A stretch of DNA of 64,000 nucleotides from Candidatus Calditenuis fumarioli (GTDB lineage: Archaea > Thermoproteota > Nitrososphaeria_A > Caldarchaeales > Calditenuaceae): positions 704,001-768,000 of the forward strand of contig JANVYR010000001.1 in NCBI GenBank assembly GCA_030059665.1, read 5' to 3'. Under the pieces are notes generated by a model. The model saw only the letters and a list, made by a program, of their open reading frames with translations, was not told the DNA's origin and made no database searches. Below are positions 28,147 through 38,097 of this stretch, in pieces; the first letter of the stretch is position 1; every line of letters begins with the position of its first letter. A program made the translations under genes and the position numbers.

Positions 28147-29354
28147 CTCGCGGAGCTGACGATCGAGACCACGTCCCCCCTCCTCAGTTTGTAGTCCGAG
28201 GGGAGCCTGAGCTTGGTCCGCGCGTCGACGGCGTAGAGGAAGTTCCGTCCGAGGTCCGTGTGGATCTTGAAGGCGAGGTCCCTCGGCGTGGAGCCCTCCT
28301 TCACCAGGTAGACGTCGGGTAGGACGTTCCCCTTCGAGTCCGTGAGCGCGTTGGGGTCCTCCACCGGGAAGACCGGGACGTACCTGAGGACCTCGAGGTA
28401 GACCTTGTCGATCAGCTGCTGGACCCCGGTCCCGCCGTTACGCTCCATGAACTCCGCCACCATCTCGAGAGCCCTCTTCTGCTGGGCCGTGAGCTTACCC
28501 GGTTCGAGGACCTCGAACGTCCTCTCCCCCGGCATGTACCTCACGATGCCCTTCCTCGCCGCGAGCCTCAGCAGCTTCTCCGCCTCGGAGCTGCACGGCA
28601 CCACCTCGTACCCAGCCTCCCTCAGCCTCCTGATACCGCGCTCCGCTGTCGGGACGTCTGCCTTGTTCGCGGCCACGATCATCGGCTTCGTCAACCTCCT
28701 CACCGCGTCCGCGTACCTAACCAGGTCCTCCTCGCTCCACTTAGATGGCGTTGATCCGTCGAGCCCAGCCGCGCTGAGAGCGGCCTCGGCGTCGGCAGCG
28801 GTGACGCGCAGACCGGAGAGCCTGCTGGCGACCTCCTCCGGCAGCGTGGACTGCTTCGTCTCCACCAGCCTGACGAGCCTGTTCCAGTCCTTCCTGATCA
28901 GACCAGCGATCCAGAGGCTCAGCTCGCGCTCCACCAGCCTGACGTCCTCCACAGGGTCGTGCGTCCCCGGCTCCACGGGGTTGCCGTCGTCGTCGGTCCC
29001 TCCCGAGGCGTCTGCCACCACTATCAGCGCGTCGGCCTGCCTGATCTCGTCGAGGAACTGGAGCCCCATGCCCCTTCCCGCGTGAGCGCCCCTGACGATC
29101 CCGGGACAGTCGATCACCGTTATCGGCACGAACCTCCGGCCGTCCACGCAGATCGAGTTCCGCGGGTTGTCACGTACACCCAGCTCCTTGCACACGCAGT
29201 CGACCCTCAGGTAGGTTATGCCCCTGTTCGGTCTGGTAGTGGTGAAAGGGAAGTTCGCGGCTGGCACCTCGACCATCGTGAGCGCTGTGAAGAGGGTGCT
29301 CTTCCCGACGTTGGCCTTTCCGACGATGCCGGCCAGCTCCATCCGGATCACCAA
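28143..29354 (-). CDS. Archaeal YchF-related Obg-family NTPase with TGS domain
   Basis: GKANVGKST, ANFPFTT, DCPG...GAH.G.G.G.QFL, AANK.D, GNVLPD, IHTDL. Confidence 0.92.
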   Translation of the reverse strand: MVIRMELAGIVGKANVGKSTLFTALTMVEVPAANFPFTTTRPNRGITYLRVDCVCKELGVRDNPRNSICVDGRRFVPITVIDCPGIVRGAHAGRGMGLQFLDEIRQADALIVVADASGGTDDDGNPVEPGTHDPVEDVRLVERELSLWIAGLIRKDWNRLVRLVETKQSTLPEEVASRLSGLRVTAADAEAALSAAGLDGSTPSKWSEEDLVRYADAVRRLTKPMIVAANKADVPTAERGIRRLREAGYEVVPCSSEAEKLLRLAARKGIVRYMPGERTFEVLEPGKLTAQQKRALEMVAEFMERNGGTGVQQLIDKVYLEVLRYVPVFPVEDPNALTDSKGNVLPDVYLVKEGSTPRDLAFKIHTDLGRNFLYAVDARTKLRLPSDYKLRRGDVVSIVSSAR

Positions 29355-29534
29355 AAGCCCACGGTCCTCATAAAGGGCAACAACCGCAGCGAGCCACAGG
29401 GAGAGCTCAGTTCCAGCGCGTCTCAGGTCGTCGCGTGGGATGGTCGGTGAGGTTCTGCGGTGGTGGTCTCCCTTGGGCGACCGGATACCGTTGACCCTAG
29501 CGGACCGCGATGAGCGTTATCTGGAGGGGCGGAC

Positions 29535-29744
29535 ATGGGGTTGGCGTTGAGCCCGAGGGCGGTGATCGTGCTGATGGCGGTCGCGTTCACCTTCCTCTCG
29601 GCCCTCGGCCTGGTTCTTTACGGGTTCTTGGCCGGCCTCCGGGTGGCCCTCAGGTTCCTGATGCCGCTGTTGCTGATCTTCCTTGTTCTGCTGTTGCTGA
29701 GCTCTCTCCTCGGAGGCTCTAGGACCGACTCACGTCCCAGCTGA
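29535..29744 (+). CDS. Small membrane protein (two TM segments)
   Basis: 69-aa almost entirely hydrophobic ORF with ATG preceded by GGAGGGG. Confidence 0.6.
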   Translation: MGLALSPRAVIVLMAVAFTFLSALGLVLYGFLAGLRVALRFLMPLLLIFLVLLLLSSLLGGSRTDSRPS

Positions 29745-31016
29745 GGCCCTCAGCGCCGCCTCGAGCCTCAGCGGCCTGACCAGGTGCCTCCTCGCGGAGA
29801 CGGCCACCTCGTAGAGCCCCGGTCTGATGCCGCGATCTACTGCCACGAGGACCTTCTGCGCCCTCGGATCCCTGTGACCGCACCTCCCGCACCTGTAGCC
29901 CTGACCTCTGCCGGCCGACTCCATGGTCTTGCCGCAGACCGGGCACGCCGGCGCCCTCGCGGCGTAGACCTGCCTCAGCTCGATGACCCTCAGCTTCTCC
30001 AGGTTGAGCGTCAGGCCCTGCGGCTTCGCCTTGACGGCACCGTAGACCTCGACCAGGTCGCCCTCCACGAGCCTGAACGCGATTTCCCTTATCCTTCCCG
30101 TGGGCTCGTAAACCGCCACCGTCACGCTCCCCGTTCCGTCGTCGAGCTCGAAGAAGACGTGGCCTCCCGGGCCGATGCGGGGCCTTCCGACCACCCTGCC
30201 GGTGACGATCGCTGAGACGAGGGGCCTGAGGTCCTTCACGCTGAGCCGCTGGTAGTGGACGTCGGTCGCCTGGTTGGTCCTGAACACCTGGTAGAACTCG
30301 TAGGGCTCGCCGAGCCTCAGAACCGAGAGCGCCTCCGGGAGCACCTCGGGTGAGGTACCCCTGATCCCCAGCAGGACAGGGCAGGGAGTGTGGGGGGTGA
30401 GCCTGACCTCGCCATTCTCGTAGTCGAAGTTGTCGAAGGTTCGGTCGCCGAAGAGCGCGTCCATCCTCACGACCGACTCGGGATCGACCCACCTCTCCCT
30501 CCCCCACATCTCCCTCCTGCGATACGCGAGGAGCTCGTAGGTGGTGAGCGTCCCGACCGATGCGCCGGCAGCGGCAACCGCCCCGACGATCCCCCTCCCC
30601 TCACCGTGCCTCCAGAAGGCGAGGGCGTACCTCTCCGCCAGCTCCAGCGCCTCCTCGACCTCGACCATCTCCCTCACGGCCCTGAAGTAGAACCGCTCCA
30701 GGTGCCCCCGGTTCTCCTCGGGGAAGGCCGCAACGCCGGGATCGGCGCCGTTCTCGAGCTCCGCGAGCTCCCTCACGACACCGAGCACCGCCTCCCAGAC
30801 CCGATCGAATCCGGACCGCTCGACCTCCAGCGGCAGGCAGACCGCTGCGTTCCCGCGGGTCTTGTACGGGCAGTTGGGGTTGAGCCTGACCAACCAGGGG
30901 TGATCCGCGGCCCTCGCTCCCTCTCCCTCCGCGGCCCTGAGGGCCCTCGCGGCCACGTAGGTCGTGCACATCCCCTTCGGCGAGTCGGTGTCGTCGATCC
31001 CGATGTAGACCAGCAT
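29730..31016 (-). CDS. tiaS: tRNA(Ile2)-agmatinylcytidine synthase
   Basis: GIDDTDSPKGMCTTY, LVRLNPN.PYKTRGN, GRGIVGA, PCPVL.GIRG, RTNQATD, OB fold, CPVCG...YRC.RCG. Confidence 0.94.
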   Translation of the reverse strand: MLVYIGIDDTDSPKGMCTTYVAARALRAAEGEGARAADHPWLVRLNPNCPYKTRGNAAVCLPLEVERSGFDRVWEAVLGVVRELAELENGADPGVAAFPEENRGHLERFYFRAVREMVEVEEALELAERYALAFWRHGEGRGIVGAVAAAGASVGTLTTYELLAYRRREMWGRERWVDPESVVRMDALFGDRTFDNFDYENGEVRLTPHTPCPVLLGIRGTSPEVLPEALSVLRLGEPYEFYQVFRTNQATDVHYQRLSVKDLRPLVSAIVTGRVVGRPRIGPGGHVFFELDDGTGSVTVAVYEPTGRIREIAFRLVEGDLVEVYGAVKAKPQGLTLNLEKLRVIELRQVYAARAPACPVCGKTMESAGRGQGYRCGRCGHRDPRAQKVLVAVDRGIRPGLYEVAVSARRHLVRPLRLEAALRASAGT

Positions 31017-31130
31017 CCTCCGTTCGAGGTGACCAGAGCCCGCTATGTAGGTCTGTGCGCGGAAGCTGCCCTACAGTGTCCCATCAGACCGGGTTTGCGG
31101 CCGTGAGCAGAATGGTGAGCAGGCCGGCCC

Positions 31131-32486
31131 TCAGAACCTCCCACCGGAGAGGGTCCTGGCGGCAACGATCAGCGGGTGCCAGACGGGTGCGGTGGCTGGC
31201 ATGTAACCGATGTCGGTGAAGAAAAGGTCCTCAATGGTGAAGCCCGCGGTGATCGCAGTTGCAGCGACGTCGGCGTACCCCGCGACGACCGGATCGTCCC
31301 CCACCACCTGCACCCCGAGCAACCTTCCGCTCTTGGACTGGACCACCATCTTCACCGTCACCTCAACCCCTCCGGGGTAGTAGCCTGCTTTGGTCCTGGC
31401 CTTGATCAGGGTCGACTCGACGTTGAAGCCGTTGGCCCTGGCCTCCGTCTCCGAGAGACCGGTCCTGGCGACGTAGGTGTTCCTGAACTTCGTCACGGCC
31501 GTTCCCACGATGCCCCTCATCCTGAGCGATCTGGGGACCACGGCGTTCGCTCCGGCCACCTGCCCCTCCTTGTTCGCCGCAGGCGCCAGAGGTATCCAGA
31601 CCTTCCTCCAGAGCAGGAGGTGGTGCTTCTCGACCAGATCGCCGGCCGCGAAGACGCCCTCGAGGTTCGTCCGCATGAACTCGTCGGTCTCCACGGCCCC
31701 TGTCGCTCCGAGCCTCACGCCAGCCGAGACCGCGAGGTCCGCGTTCGGCCTCACGCCCAGCCCCATCACCACCTCGTCGAAGACCTCCTCGCCGGCGTCG
31801 GTGATCACGGCTATCCCATCTGACCTCCTCCTCAGGGCCCTCACCGGCTGGCCGAGCCTGAGGTCAACGCCCGAGCGCTGCATCGACTCCTCGAGGACCC
31901 TCGAGACGTCGCCGTCGATCGCCGTTGGCAGAAGCCTGTCCATCATCTCGTACAGCGTCACCTTCTTCCCGAGGTCGACCAGGGCCTCCGCAGCCTCGAC
32001 GCCGATGTACCCCCCTCCGAGGACCGCGACCCTGGAAGCGCCGGAGAGCCTCCGCTGCGCCTCCACCACGTCCTCCGGGTGCCTCAACAGAACCGGCCTC
32101 GCATCCTCCACCCCCTCGAGCCCGCGAGGTATCAGCGGCTTAGCGCCCGTCGCTATCACAAGTGAGTCCCATGAGAGCTTCTCCGTCCTGCCGTCGCCGA
32201 GCGAGACCTCGACTCGTTTGCCGTCGACGTCGATCGAGGTCACCGTCGCGTTCGTCAGGACCCTTATCCTCCTCTCGGAAGCGAACCTCTCGGGAGAGTA
32301 GGTCCTCAGCATCCTGTAGGACGGAACTAGCCCTGATATCGCGTAGGGTATGCCGCAGGGAGCGTGGGTGATCATCCCCGTCCTCTCCACGAGCGTCACC
32401 TCCGCCTCCGGGTCGAGCCTCCTCGCCCTCGCGGCCGCAGAGGACCCCGCAGCACCCCCTCCGATCACAACGACCCGCTTGACCAA
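31131..32486 (-). CDS. CoA-disulfide reductase / NADH oxidase family flavoprotein
   Basis: GGGAAG, single-Cys CGIPY, ATGA, GGGYIG.E, FAAGD, GT..TK, Y.PA..P.W.P; probable TTG start at 32486. Confidence 0.88.
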   Translation of the reverse strand: MVKRVVVIGGGAAGSSAAARARRLDPEAEVTLVERTGMITHAPCGIPYAISGLVPSYRMLRTYSPERFASERRIRVLTNATVTSIDVDGKRVEVSLGDGRTEKLSWDSLVIATGAKPLIPRGLEGVEDARPVLLRHPEDVVEAQRRLSGASRVAVLGGGYIGVEAAEALVDLGKKVTLYEMMDRLLPTAIDGDVSRVLEESMQRSGVDLRLGQPVRALRRRSDGIAVITDAGEEVFDEVVMGLGVRPNADLAVSAGVRLGATGAVETDEFMRTNLEGVFAAGDLVEKHHLLLWRKVWIPLAPAANKEGQVAGANAVVPRSLRMRGIVGTAVTKFRNTYVARTGLSETEARANGFNVESTLIKARTKAGYYPGGVEVTVKMVVQSKSGRLLGVQVVGDDPVVAGYADVAATAITAGFTIEDLFFTDIGYMPATAPVWHPLIVAARTLSGGRF

Positions 32487-32798
32487 AGGCACGGCACCGT
32501 CGTGGAGACTTCGGTTTGGAGGATATCTGCCTGACGCACGGGAACGGGAGATGAAATCAGGGAGACTCGGCGACCGCGGCGCCCTGTAGTTGACGTCAGA
32601 TGTGTAGAACTGCGTAAACCCGTCCACACCAGCAGACAGCCTTGAGGCTGCTTTGGCGCCGCCTGACTGTGCTGCCTGACGCCTCGACCCGCGCCACAGA
32701 TCGGGTTATTACCCTCAAAACCGCTGCGAGCATTCGTTGCAGCCCCTCCGCTAGTATTCTTTATTAGCAGTGCGGGAAGGGCACCTGTGGGAAGGAGG

Positions 32799-33560
32799 AT
32801 GGAGGTTCTCCGGATCAGGCTTCCGAACGCGGACTACATCTCTGACCTCCTGAAGGCGGTGACCGCGGTCGTCGAGGAGGGGACCTTCAGGGCCACGCAG
32901 GAGGGCCTCCGGCTCACGGCGATGGACCCCGCCCACATCTCGCTGGTCGACTTCGAGCTCCGGGCGGACGCCGCGGAGGAGTACAAGGTCGCGAAGGAGA
33001 CGGAGATAACGGTGAACGTGGAGGAGCTGGTGAAGCTCCTGAGGAGGGCGAAGAAGACGGACGCGCTGGTGATCAGCTACGACGACGAGCTCCGCAGGCT
33101 GAACGTGACGCTCTCGGACATGAGGGGAGGGAAGGAGCGCCTCTTCACGCTGAACACGCTCGAGCCGATGGGCGGGACGATGAACCCGCCCTCGCTGACG
33201 TTCGAGGCGATGGCCAGGCTAGATTCCGATTCCTTCTACGAGGCGATCGAGGACTCGAAGCCGATAGCCGACGCGGTCAAGATAACCATAAGGCCTGACA
33301 TGGTGGTCGTCGCTGCGAAGGGTGAGACGAAGTCCGCGCAGCACAGGTTCGTCTCAGGAGGTCCGGCTGTTCACGAGATAGACGCCAAGTCCGAGGTCTC
33401 CGCTTCCTTCAGCATCGCCTACCTCGAGAAGATCGTGAAGCCCGGTAAGTCGCTCTCCGACGAGCTCGAGGTCAGGCTGAGCACCAACAGGCCGATAAAG
33501 CTGAGCTTCCCGATCACGTACGGCAGGCTCGAGTACCTGGTGGCACCGAGGATGGACTGA
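32799..33560 (+). CDS. pcn: DNA polymerase sliding clamp PCNA
   Basis: GL.LTAMDPAHISLVD, FS..YLEKI.K, P..L.F...G.L.Y.VAPR; ATG at 32799 after GGAGG. Confidence 0.93.
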   Translation: MEVLRIRLPNADYISDLLKAVTAVVEEGTFRATQEGLRLTAMDPAHISLVDFELRADAAEEYKVAKETEITVNVEELVKLLRRAKKTDALVISYDDELRRLNVTLSDMRGGKERLFTLNTLEPMGGTMNPPSLTFEAMARLDSDSFYEAIEDSKPIADAVKITIRPDMVVVAAKGETKSAQHRFVSGGPAVHEIDAKSEVSASFSIAYLEKIVKPGKSLSDELEVRLSTNRPIKLSFPITYGRLEYLVAPRMD

Positions 33561-33584
33561 GAGGGGAGCCGGTTCACTGTTCCT

Positions 33585-34745
33585 TCACGCCTCAGCTCTG
33601 ATCAACGCGACCTCCAGGTGACCGTACTTCACCCTCCTGACCTCGGAGACGTTCCAGCCCGAGTCCCCGAGGGCGCGGAGCGCGATCGCCTGCTTGCTGA
33701 AGATCGCCACAAGCCTCGGCTCCCTTATCGCCCTTCTGACCGAGGAGAAGGCCCTGAGGTAGAACCCGTAGGGGTCTGAGAGGCCCATCCTGATGCCGAA
33801 GGGCGGGTCGGTGACCACGTGCACCCTCTCCGGCAGCTCCGCGACCCCCTCCCACCTCTCCAGGTTCAGGGCGTCTGCCAGCTCCACCCGCACAACTCCC
33901 TCGAGCCCCGCGGCTGCCACGTTCCTCCTCGCGGCATCGACGGCCCTCGGCGAGACGTCGGTCCCGTACACCCTCGGCCTCAGCCAGCGCCTCTCGGAGG
34001 ACCTCAGCCTTGCCAACGCCTCCTCAAGGACCTCCTGCTCGATGAATTTGAGCCGGAAGACCGGCATCTCCTCCCTCCGCCTGTAGGCGTTTGGCGGAAC
34101 CCGCATCGCGTAGAGCGCTGCCTCGATTGGGATGGTGGCGCTTCCGCAGAAGGGGTCGAGGAGGCACCCGTTCTCGTTCCAATCGGAGAACATCACCATC
34201 AGGAAGGCCAGCGTGGGAGGGAGCGTGGACCTGACGTCGGCCACCCTGTAGAACCGCTTGTGAAGCGAGGGGCCCGTGAGGTTGATCCCCAGGAGGAACT
34301 CGTCGTCCCTGACCAGCGCGTACATCGGCACGTCTGGCGATTTCAGGTCGACCCTCGGCCTCCACCCCGATGACGATAGACATGACTCTATCACGGCCCT
34401 CCCCACCCGGGAAGCGACGTCCATGCTGGTGAAGGGATGGGTGCCGTGACGCTCCGCCTCGACGCCGAAGCTCTGGTCCCTGCCCATGAGCTGCTGGAAG
34501 TCCACCTCGCGAACCGCGCGCTCGATGTCGTCCAGACCCTCGAACCTCGTCCTTACCAGCTGGAGGAAGACGCGGTTGAGGCTCCTCGTTGAGAAGACGA
34601 GCTCCGCGAGGCCCCTCGCGTCGCACTCGGCGAAGACCTTCGCCACGTCAGCCTCGACATCGGTGCCGAGCAGCTGCGACACCTCAGCGGCTGCAAGGTC
34701 CTCAAGCCCCCAGAAGGTGGTCCCGAAGATCCTGAACCTGCTCAC
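33585..34745 (-). CDS. THUMP-domain tRNA (guanine-N2) methyltransferase (Trm14-like)
   Basis: GLED.A..E, THUMP region (F.V..ER.G.H.FTS.DV), DPFCGSATIPIEA, G.D, VTDPPFG. Confidence 0.85.
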   Translation of the reverse strand: MSRFRIFGTTFWGLEDLAAAEVSQLLGTDVEADVAKVFAECDARGLAELVFSTRSLNRVFLQLVRTRFEGLDDIERAVREVDFQQLMGRDQSFGVEAERHGTHPFTSMDVASRVGRAVIESCLSSSGWRPRVDLKSPDVPMYALVRDDEFLLGINLTGPSLHKRFYRVADVRSTLPPTLAFLMVMFSDWNENGCLLDPFCGSATIPIEAALYAMRVPPNAYRRREEMPVFRLKFIEQEVLEEALARLRSSERRWLRPRVYGTDVSPRAVDAARRNVAAAGLEGVVRVELADALNLERWEGVAELPERVHVVTDPPFGIRMGLSDPYGFYLRAFSSVRRAIREPRLVAIFSKQAIALRALGDSGWNVSEVRRVKYGHLEVALIRAEA

Positions 34746-34800
34746 ACGGCATCACCTCGGGTCGTCACATCTCATCGGAGCGGTGTCGAGTGCTTCAGGG

Positions 34801-35154
34801 TCAAGTGGGCATGAAAAGAAGCATGGAGAGCACGGTCACCACCAGACCGGTGATCGCCACGAACTTCAGGTCCCTACGCCGTGCGAAGTAGATCAGGGAC
34901 ACCACCACCCTCGAGTAGGGAGTGAGCATCAGGGCTGCAACGCCGAGCCTCATCAGAAGGGCCGCTGTGCTTCCGCTGGAGCCGATCCCTGCGACGAACT
35001 CCAGGAAGCTGTTGCTCCGCACGACCCACTGATCCGAGACGGAGACCTGCTCCCCCTCCCGGAGGACGTAGAGGGAGATGCCGAGGGCCATGGAGGCCAG
35101 CGAGACGAGCGTGCCTGCCAGCATGAGAAACCCAAGAGCCCTCTCGAGTTCCAT
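34801..35154 (-). CDS. DUF1634 family membrane protein
   Basis: GV..LMLTPY.RV..S..YF...RD..FV.IT; the usual partner of TauE/SafE; ATG at 35154. Confidence 0.85.
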   Translation of the reverse strand: MELERALGFLMLAGTLVSLASMALGISLYVLREGEQVSVSDQWVVRSNSFLEFVAGIGSSGSTAALLMRLGVAALMLTPYSRVVVSLIYFARRRDLKFVAITGLVVTVLSMLLFMPT

Positions 35155-35156
35155 GC

Positions 35157-35990
35157 TCAGACACCCAGCACCAGCGCCCGGTAGAGCATGACCGCGGCCG
35201 AGACTCCGGCCAGGACGAAGTAGAGCCGCCTGAGGTTGACGTCCCTTATGCGCGTAAGGAGGCTCGAGCCAGCGATCGAGCCGAGCGTGGTCCCGAGGGC
35301 CATGGGTGCTGCCAGGTCCAGTACCATCAGCCCAGAGGCGACGTAGACCCCGGCACCAGCGAGGGCTGTCATCCCCATGATCAGGTTGCTCGTGGACGTG
35401 GAGACCTTGGTGGGCATCCTCAGCACGAGCTCGTGAATCGCCACCTTGAAGGCACCCGCACCGATGCCGAGCATCCCCGCAACAGCACCAGCCCACACCA
35501 TCGCGAGCCCTCCGTAGACCGCGTTGGTCAGCCTGTACCTGACCTCCCTTCCCAGCGATGCGTCGAAGTACGACCCCTCCAGTCCCAGCCACGCCGAGAC
35601 CCTGTCCTGCCTCACGCCCTCCGGCCCCTGATGGCTCCCCGTCAGGCGCGTGAGCAGAAGCGAGAGGATCATGACGGCCGAGAAGGAAAGGGCAACCGCG
35701 GTGGAGCTGACGTTGACGGTCAGGAGCGCACCGAGTATCGCGCCCGTGATGGTGAAGCACTCGAGGAACATCGCCGCCTTCAGGCTCGTTACGCCCTCCC
35801 TGAGGAACGAGGAGGAGGAACCGCTGGACGTCGCGATGACCGAGATCAGGCCAGAGGCCACAGCGTGCTTGACCGGGACGCCCAGCAACACGAGGAAGGG
35901 GATTGTGACGCTCGCGCCGCCGAGGCCGGTCAGAGACCCGAGGAGGCCCCCGAGGGTGGAGACGAGAACCACCTCCAGCACGCCGACCAA
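35157..35990 (-). CDS. TauE/SafE family sulfite exporter-like permease
   Basis: GSLTGLGG, A.A.GL.SVIATSSGS, GMLGIG.G, P.KVST.TSN. Confidence 0.9.
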   Translation of the reverse strand: MVGVLEVVLVSTLGGLLGSLTGLGGASVTIPFLVLLGVPVKHAVASGLISVIATSSGSSSSFLREGVTSLKAAMFLECFTITGAILGALLTVNVSSTAVALSFSAVMILSLLLTRLTGSHQGPEGVRQDRVSAWLGLEGSYFDASLGREVRYRLTNAVYGGLAMVWAGAVAGMLGIGAGAFKVAIHELVLRMPTKVSTSTSNLIMGMTALAGAGVYVASGLMVLDLAAPMALGTTLGSIAGSSLLTRIRDVNLRRLYFVLAGVSAAVMLYRALVLGV

Positions 35991-36054
35991 GGTCCCACTG
36001 GCCTGTGGCGCACGGATCAGGATAAATGGTATTCACAGCCGAGGGGGGGTTCGG

Positions 36055-37962
36055 TCAGAAGTACCCGAGCAGCCTGCCCAGGAGGAAGATCAGGATCAGG
36101 AAGATCCCGATGGCGATCCCTCCGACGTTGACGTTGCTGCTGCCGGTCTGGATGTACCTGAAGGCCTGTACGAAGTAGACGAAGGCCCTCGCGGAGGCGT
36201 AGTTGAGGCCGTCGATCACCCTCTCCTCGACGTACCTCCTCACCGCGGAGGCGAGTTTGATGAAGCCGTTGACGAAGACCGCCTCGAAGGCCGCGTCGAT
36301 GTAGTACCTGTTGACGAGGAGGGTGTGGATAGGTCTGAGCGCTCCCGACCTGACGGACGCAGGGTCAAGCCTTCCGCCGAGGAAGTACAGGTACGAGAAG
36401 AGCAGGCCCGTTCCGAGTATCAGGGCAGAGACCGCGTAGGCCATCGGGTCGACCTCGATGTGCTCCTCGATCCCGAAGAAGTGGAGGAACTGCTCCTCTA
36501 CCGGCGGGAGCCCTATAACGGCTGCGAGGGCCGCGAGCACCACCAGAGGAGTCGTCATCACCGGAGGGGACTCGTGGAGACCTCCGTGGCCGTCCGGATG
36601 GTGGACTTCGCCTCCACGGAACTCGCCGAGGAAGACTCTGCTCAGCCACCGGAAGCTGTAGACAACCGTGAGAACCGAGGCGGCCGTCACCAGCGCCAGC
36701 GGGACCCAGTGACCTCCCTTCAGGAGCGAGTTGACGATCAGGTCCTTGGTGAAGAAGCCGCTGAAGGGCGGGATCCCCGAGAGGCTCAGCACGCCCACCA
36801 GGGCCGTGTAGAACGTGACCGGCATGTACCTCCTCAGCCCTCCCATCCTGTCGATGTCGTTGGTCCCCACAGCGTGGATCACCGAGCCCGCCGCGAGGAA
36901 CAGCAACGCCTTGAAGGCCGAGTGGCTCAGCAGATGGTACGTGCCCGCTGTCCAGCCGTAGATTGAGCCAGCGCCGATCGCGGTGAACATCAGGGCCAGC
37001 TGGCTTATGGTGGAGTAGGCGACGACTCGCTTGATGTCGTTCATGACGAGCCCCATCGTGGCCGCGAAGAGCGAGGTGAACGCGCCGATCGATATCATCA
37101 GCGAGTACCACTGGTCGAGTCCCGAGGTCCCGAGGTGCTCCACGGGGATGAGGGTCCACGAGAACCTCGCCATCAGGTAGACCCCGGCCTTGACCATCGT
37201 GGCCGCGTGGATCAGCGCGCTCACCGGTGTGGGGCCCTCCATCGCGTCCGGGAGCCAGACGTGGAGCGGGAACTGGGCAGACTTGCCCATGGCTCCTCCG
37301 AAGGCGAGGAGCATCGCTAACGTCATCAGCTGGGGTTCGATCCCGTGGAGCTCGACCTCGTGGGCGATCTCTGAGACGCTGAGCGTTCCGTACTTCGCGA
37401 AGAGGAGCGCTATCGCCGCGAAGAGCATGACGTCGCCTATCCTCGTCGTGACGAAGGCCTTGATCCCGGCATACCTCGCCTCCTTCCTGTGGTAGTAGAA
37501 GCTGATCAGGGCGTAGCTGCAGATTCCCACGATCTCCCACCCGATGTAGAGGCCTGCGAGGTTGTCGGAGAGAACGAGGAGCGTCATGCCGCCGATGAAG
37601 AAGGTCATGAAGAACCAGTACCTGGGAAGGCCCTCCTCGTGGGCCATGTACCCGACCGAGTAGACCAGGATCAGCAGTCCTATTCCCGTGGCGATGCAGG
37701 CCATTAGGACCGAGAGCGGGTCCACCAGAAGCCCGAACTCGAGCACCTCGCCGCCCGGGAGGACGAGCCAGGGAACCGAGACCAGCAGCGACCTCCCGCC
37801 GTAGACGTCGGGGACCATGGAGAAGGAGGCTGCCGCGGCCGCCGCGATCAGCAAGATTGAGTAGAGCTCGCCGGCCCTCTTGTGGATCCTGAAGAACGCG
37901 GGGACCAGCGCCGAGCCGAGGATCGGAAGGAGCCAAGCTATCCAGGGAGCGTAGGGGAGCAT
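36055..37962 (-). CDS. nuoL: NADH-quinone oxidoreductase subunit L-like antiporter subunit (isolated)
   Basis: YS.GYM, WE.VG.CSY.LI.F, KAF.TTRIGD, GKSAQFPLH.WLPDAMEGPTPVSALIHAATMVKAGVY, AYSTISQL, FKALLFL.AG; ATG at 37962. Confidence 0.92.
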   Translation of the reverse strand: MLPYAPWIAWLLPILGSALVPAFFRIHKRAGELYSILLIAAAAAASFSMVPDVYGGRSLLVSVPWLVLPGGEVLEFGLLVDPLSVLMACIATGIGLLILVYSVGYMAHEEGLPRYWFFMTFFIGGMTLLVLSDNLAGLYIGWEIVGICSYALISFYYHRKEARYAGIKAFVTTRIGDVMLFAAIALLFAKYGTLSVSEIAHEVELHGIEPQLMTLAMLLAFGGAMGKSAQFPLHVWLPDAMEGPTPVSALIHAATMVKAGVYLMARFSWTLIPVEHLGTSGLDQWYSLMISIGAFTSLFAATMGLVMNDIKRVVAYSTISQLALMFTAIGAGSIYGWTAGTYHLLSHSAFKALLFLAAGSVIHAVGTNDIDRMGGLRRYMPVTFYTALVGVLSLSGIPPFSGFFTKDLIVNSLLKGGHWVPLALVTAASVLTVVYSFRWLSRVFLGEFRGGEVHHPDGHGGLHESPPVMTTPLVVLAALAAVIGLPPVEEQFLHFFGIEEHIEVDPMAYAVSALILGTGLLFSYLYFLGGRLDPASVRSGALRPIHTLLVNRYYIDAAFEAVFVNGFIKLASAVRRYVEERVIDGLNYASARAFVYFVQAFRYIQTGSSNVNVGGIAIGIFLILIFLLGRLLGYF

Positions 37963-38097
37963 GACCCGAATGAGTGGTGAGGAGCGATCTCTTAAATGAT
38001 GCTCGTCTCGATCGACGTGCCAGATTCTCATCTGAGGTGATGCGGAGCAGGTGAGCCAACGTTAAATCCGACGCAAATCGGTGCGAGTCGAGGAGTT

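Noticed and set aside
29355-29534. Possible C/D-box sRNA
   Set aside because: CTGA words are present, but there is no correctly spaced box C/C' pair.
34801-38059. Long overlapping ORFs (35650..36966, 36365..38059, the N-terminal part of 34801..36036) and many similar ones across the window
   Set aside because: Shadow ORFs on alternate frames or strands of high-GC genes; Arg/Gly/Pro-rich, low-complexity and without motifs.
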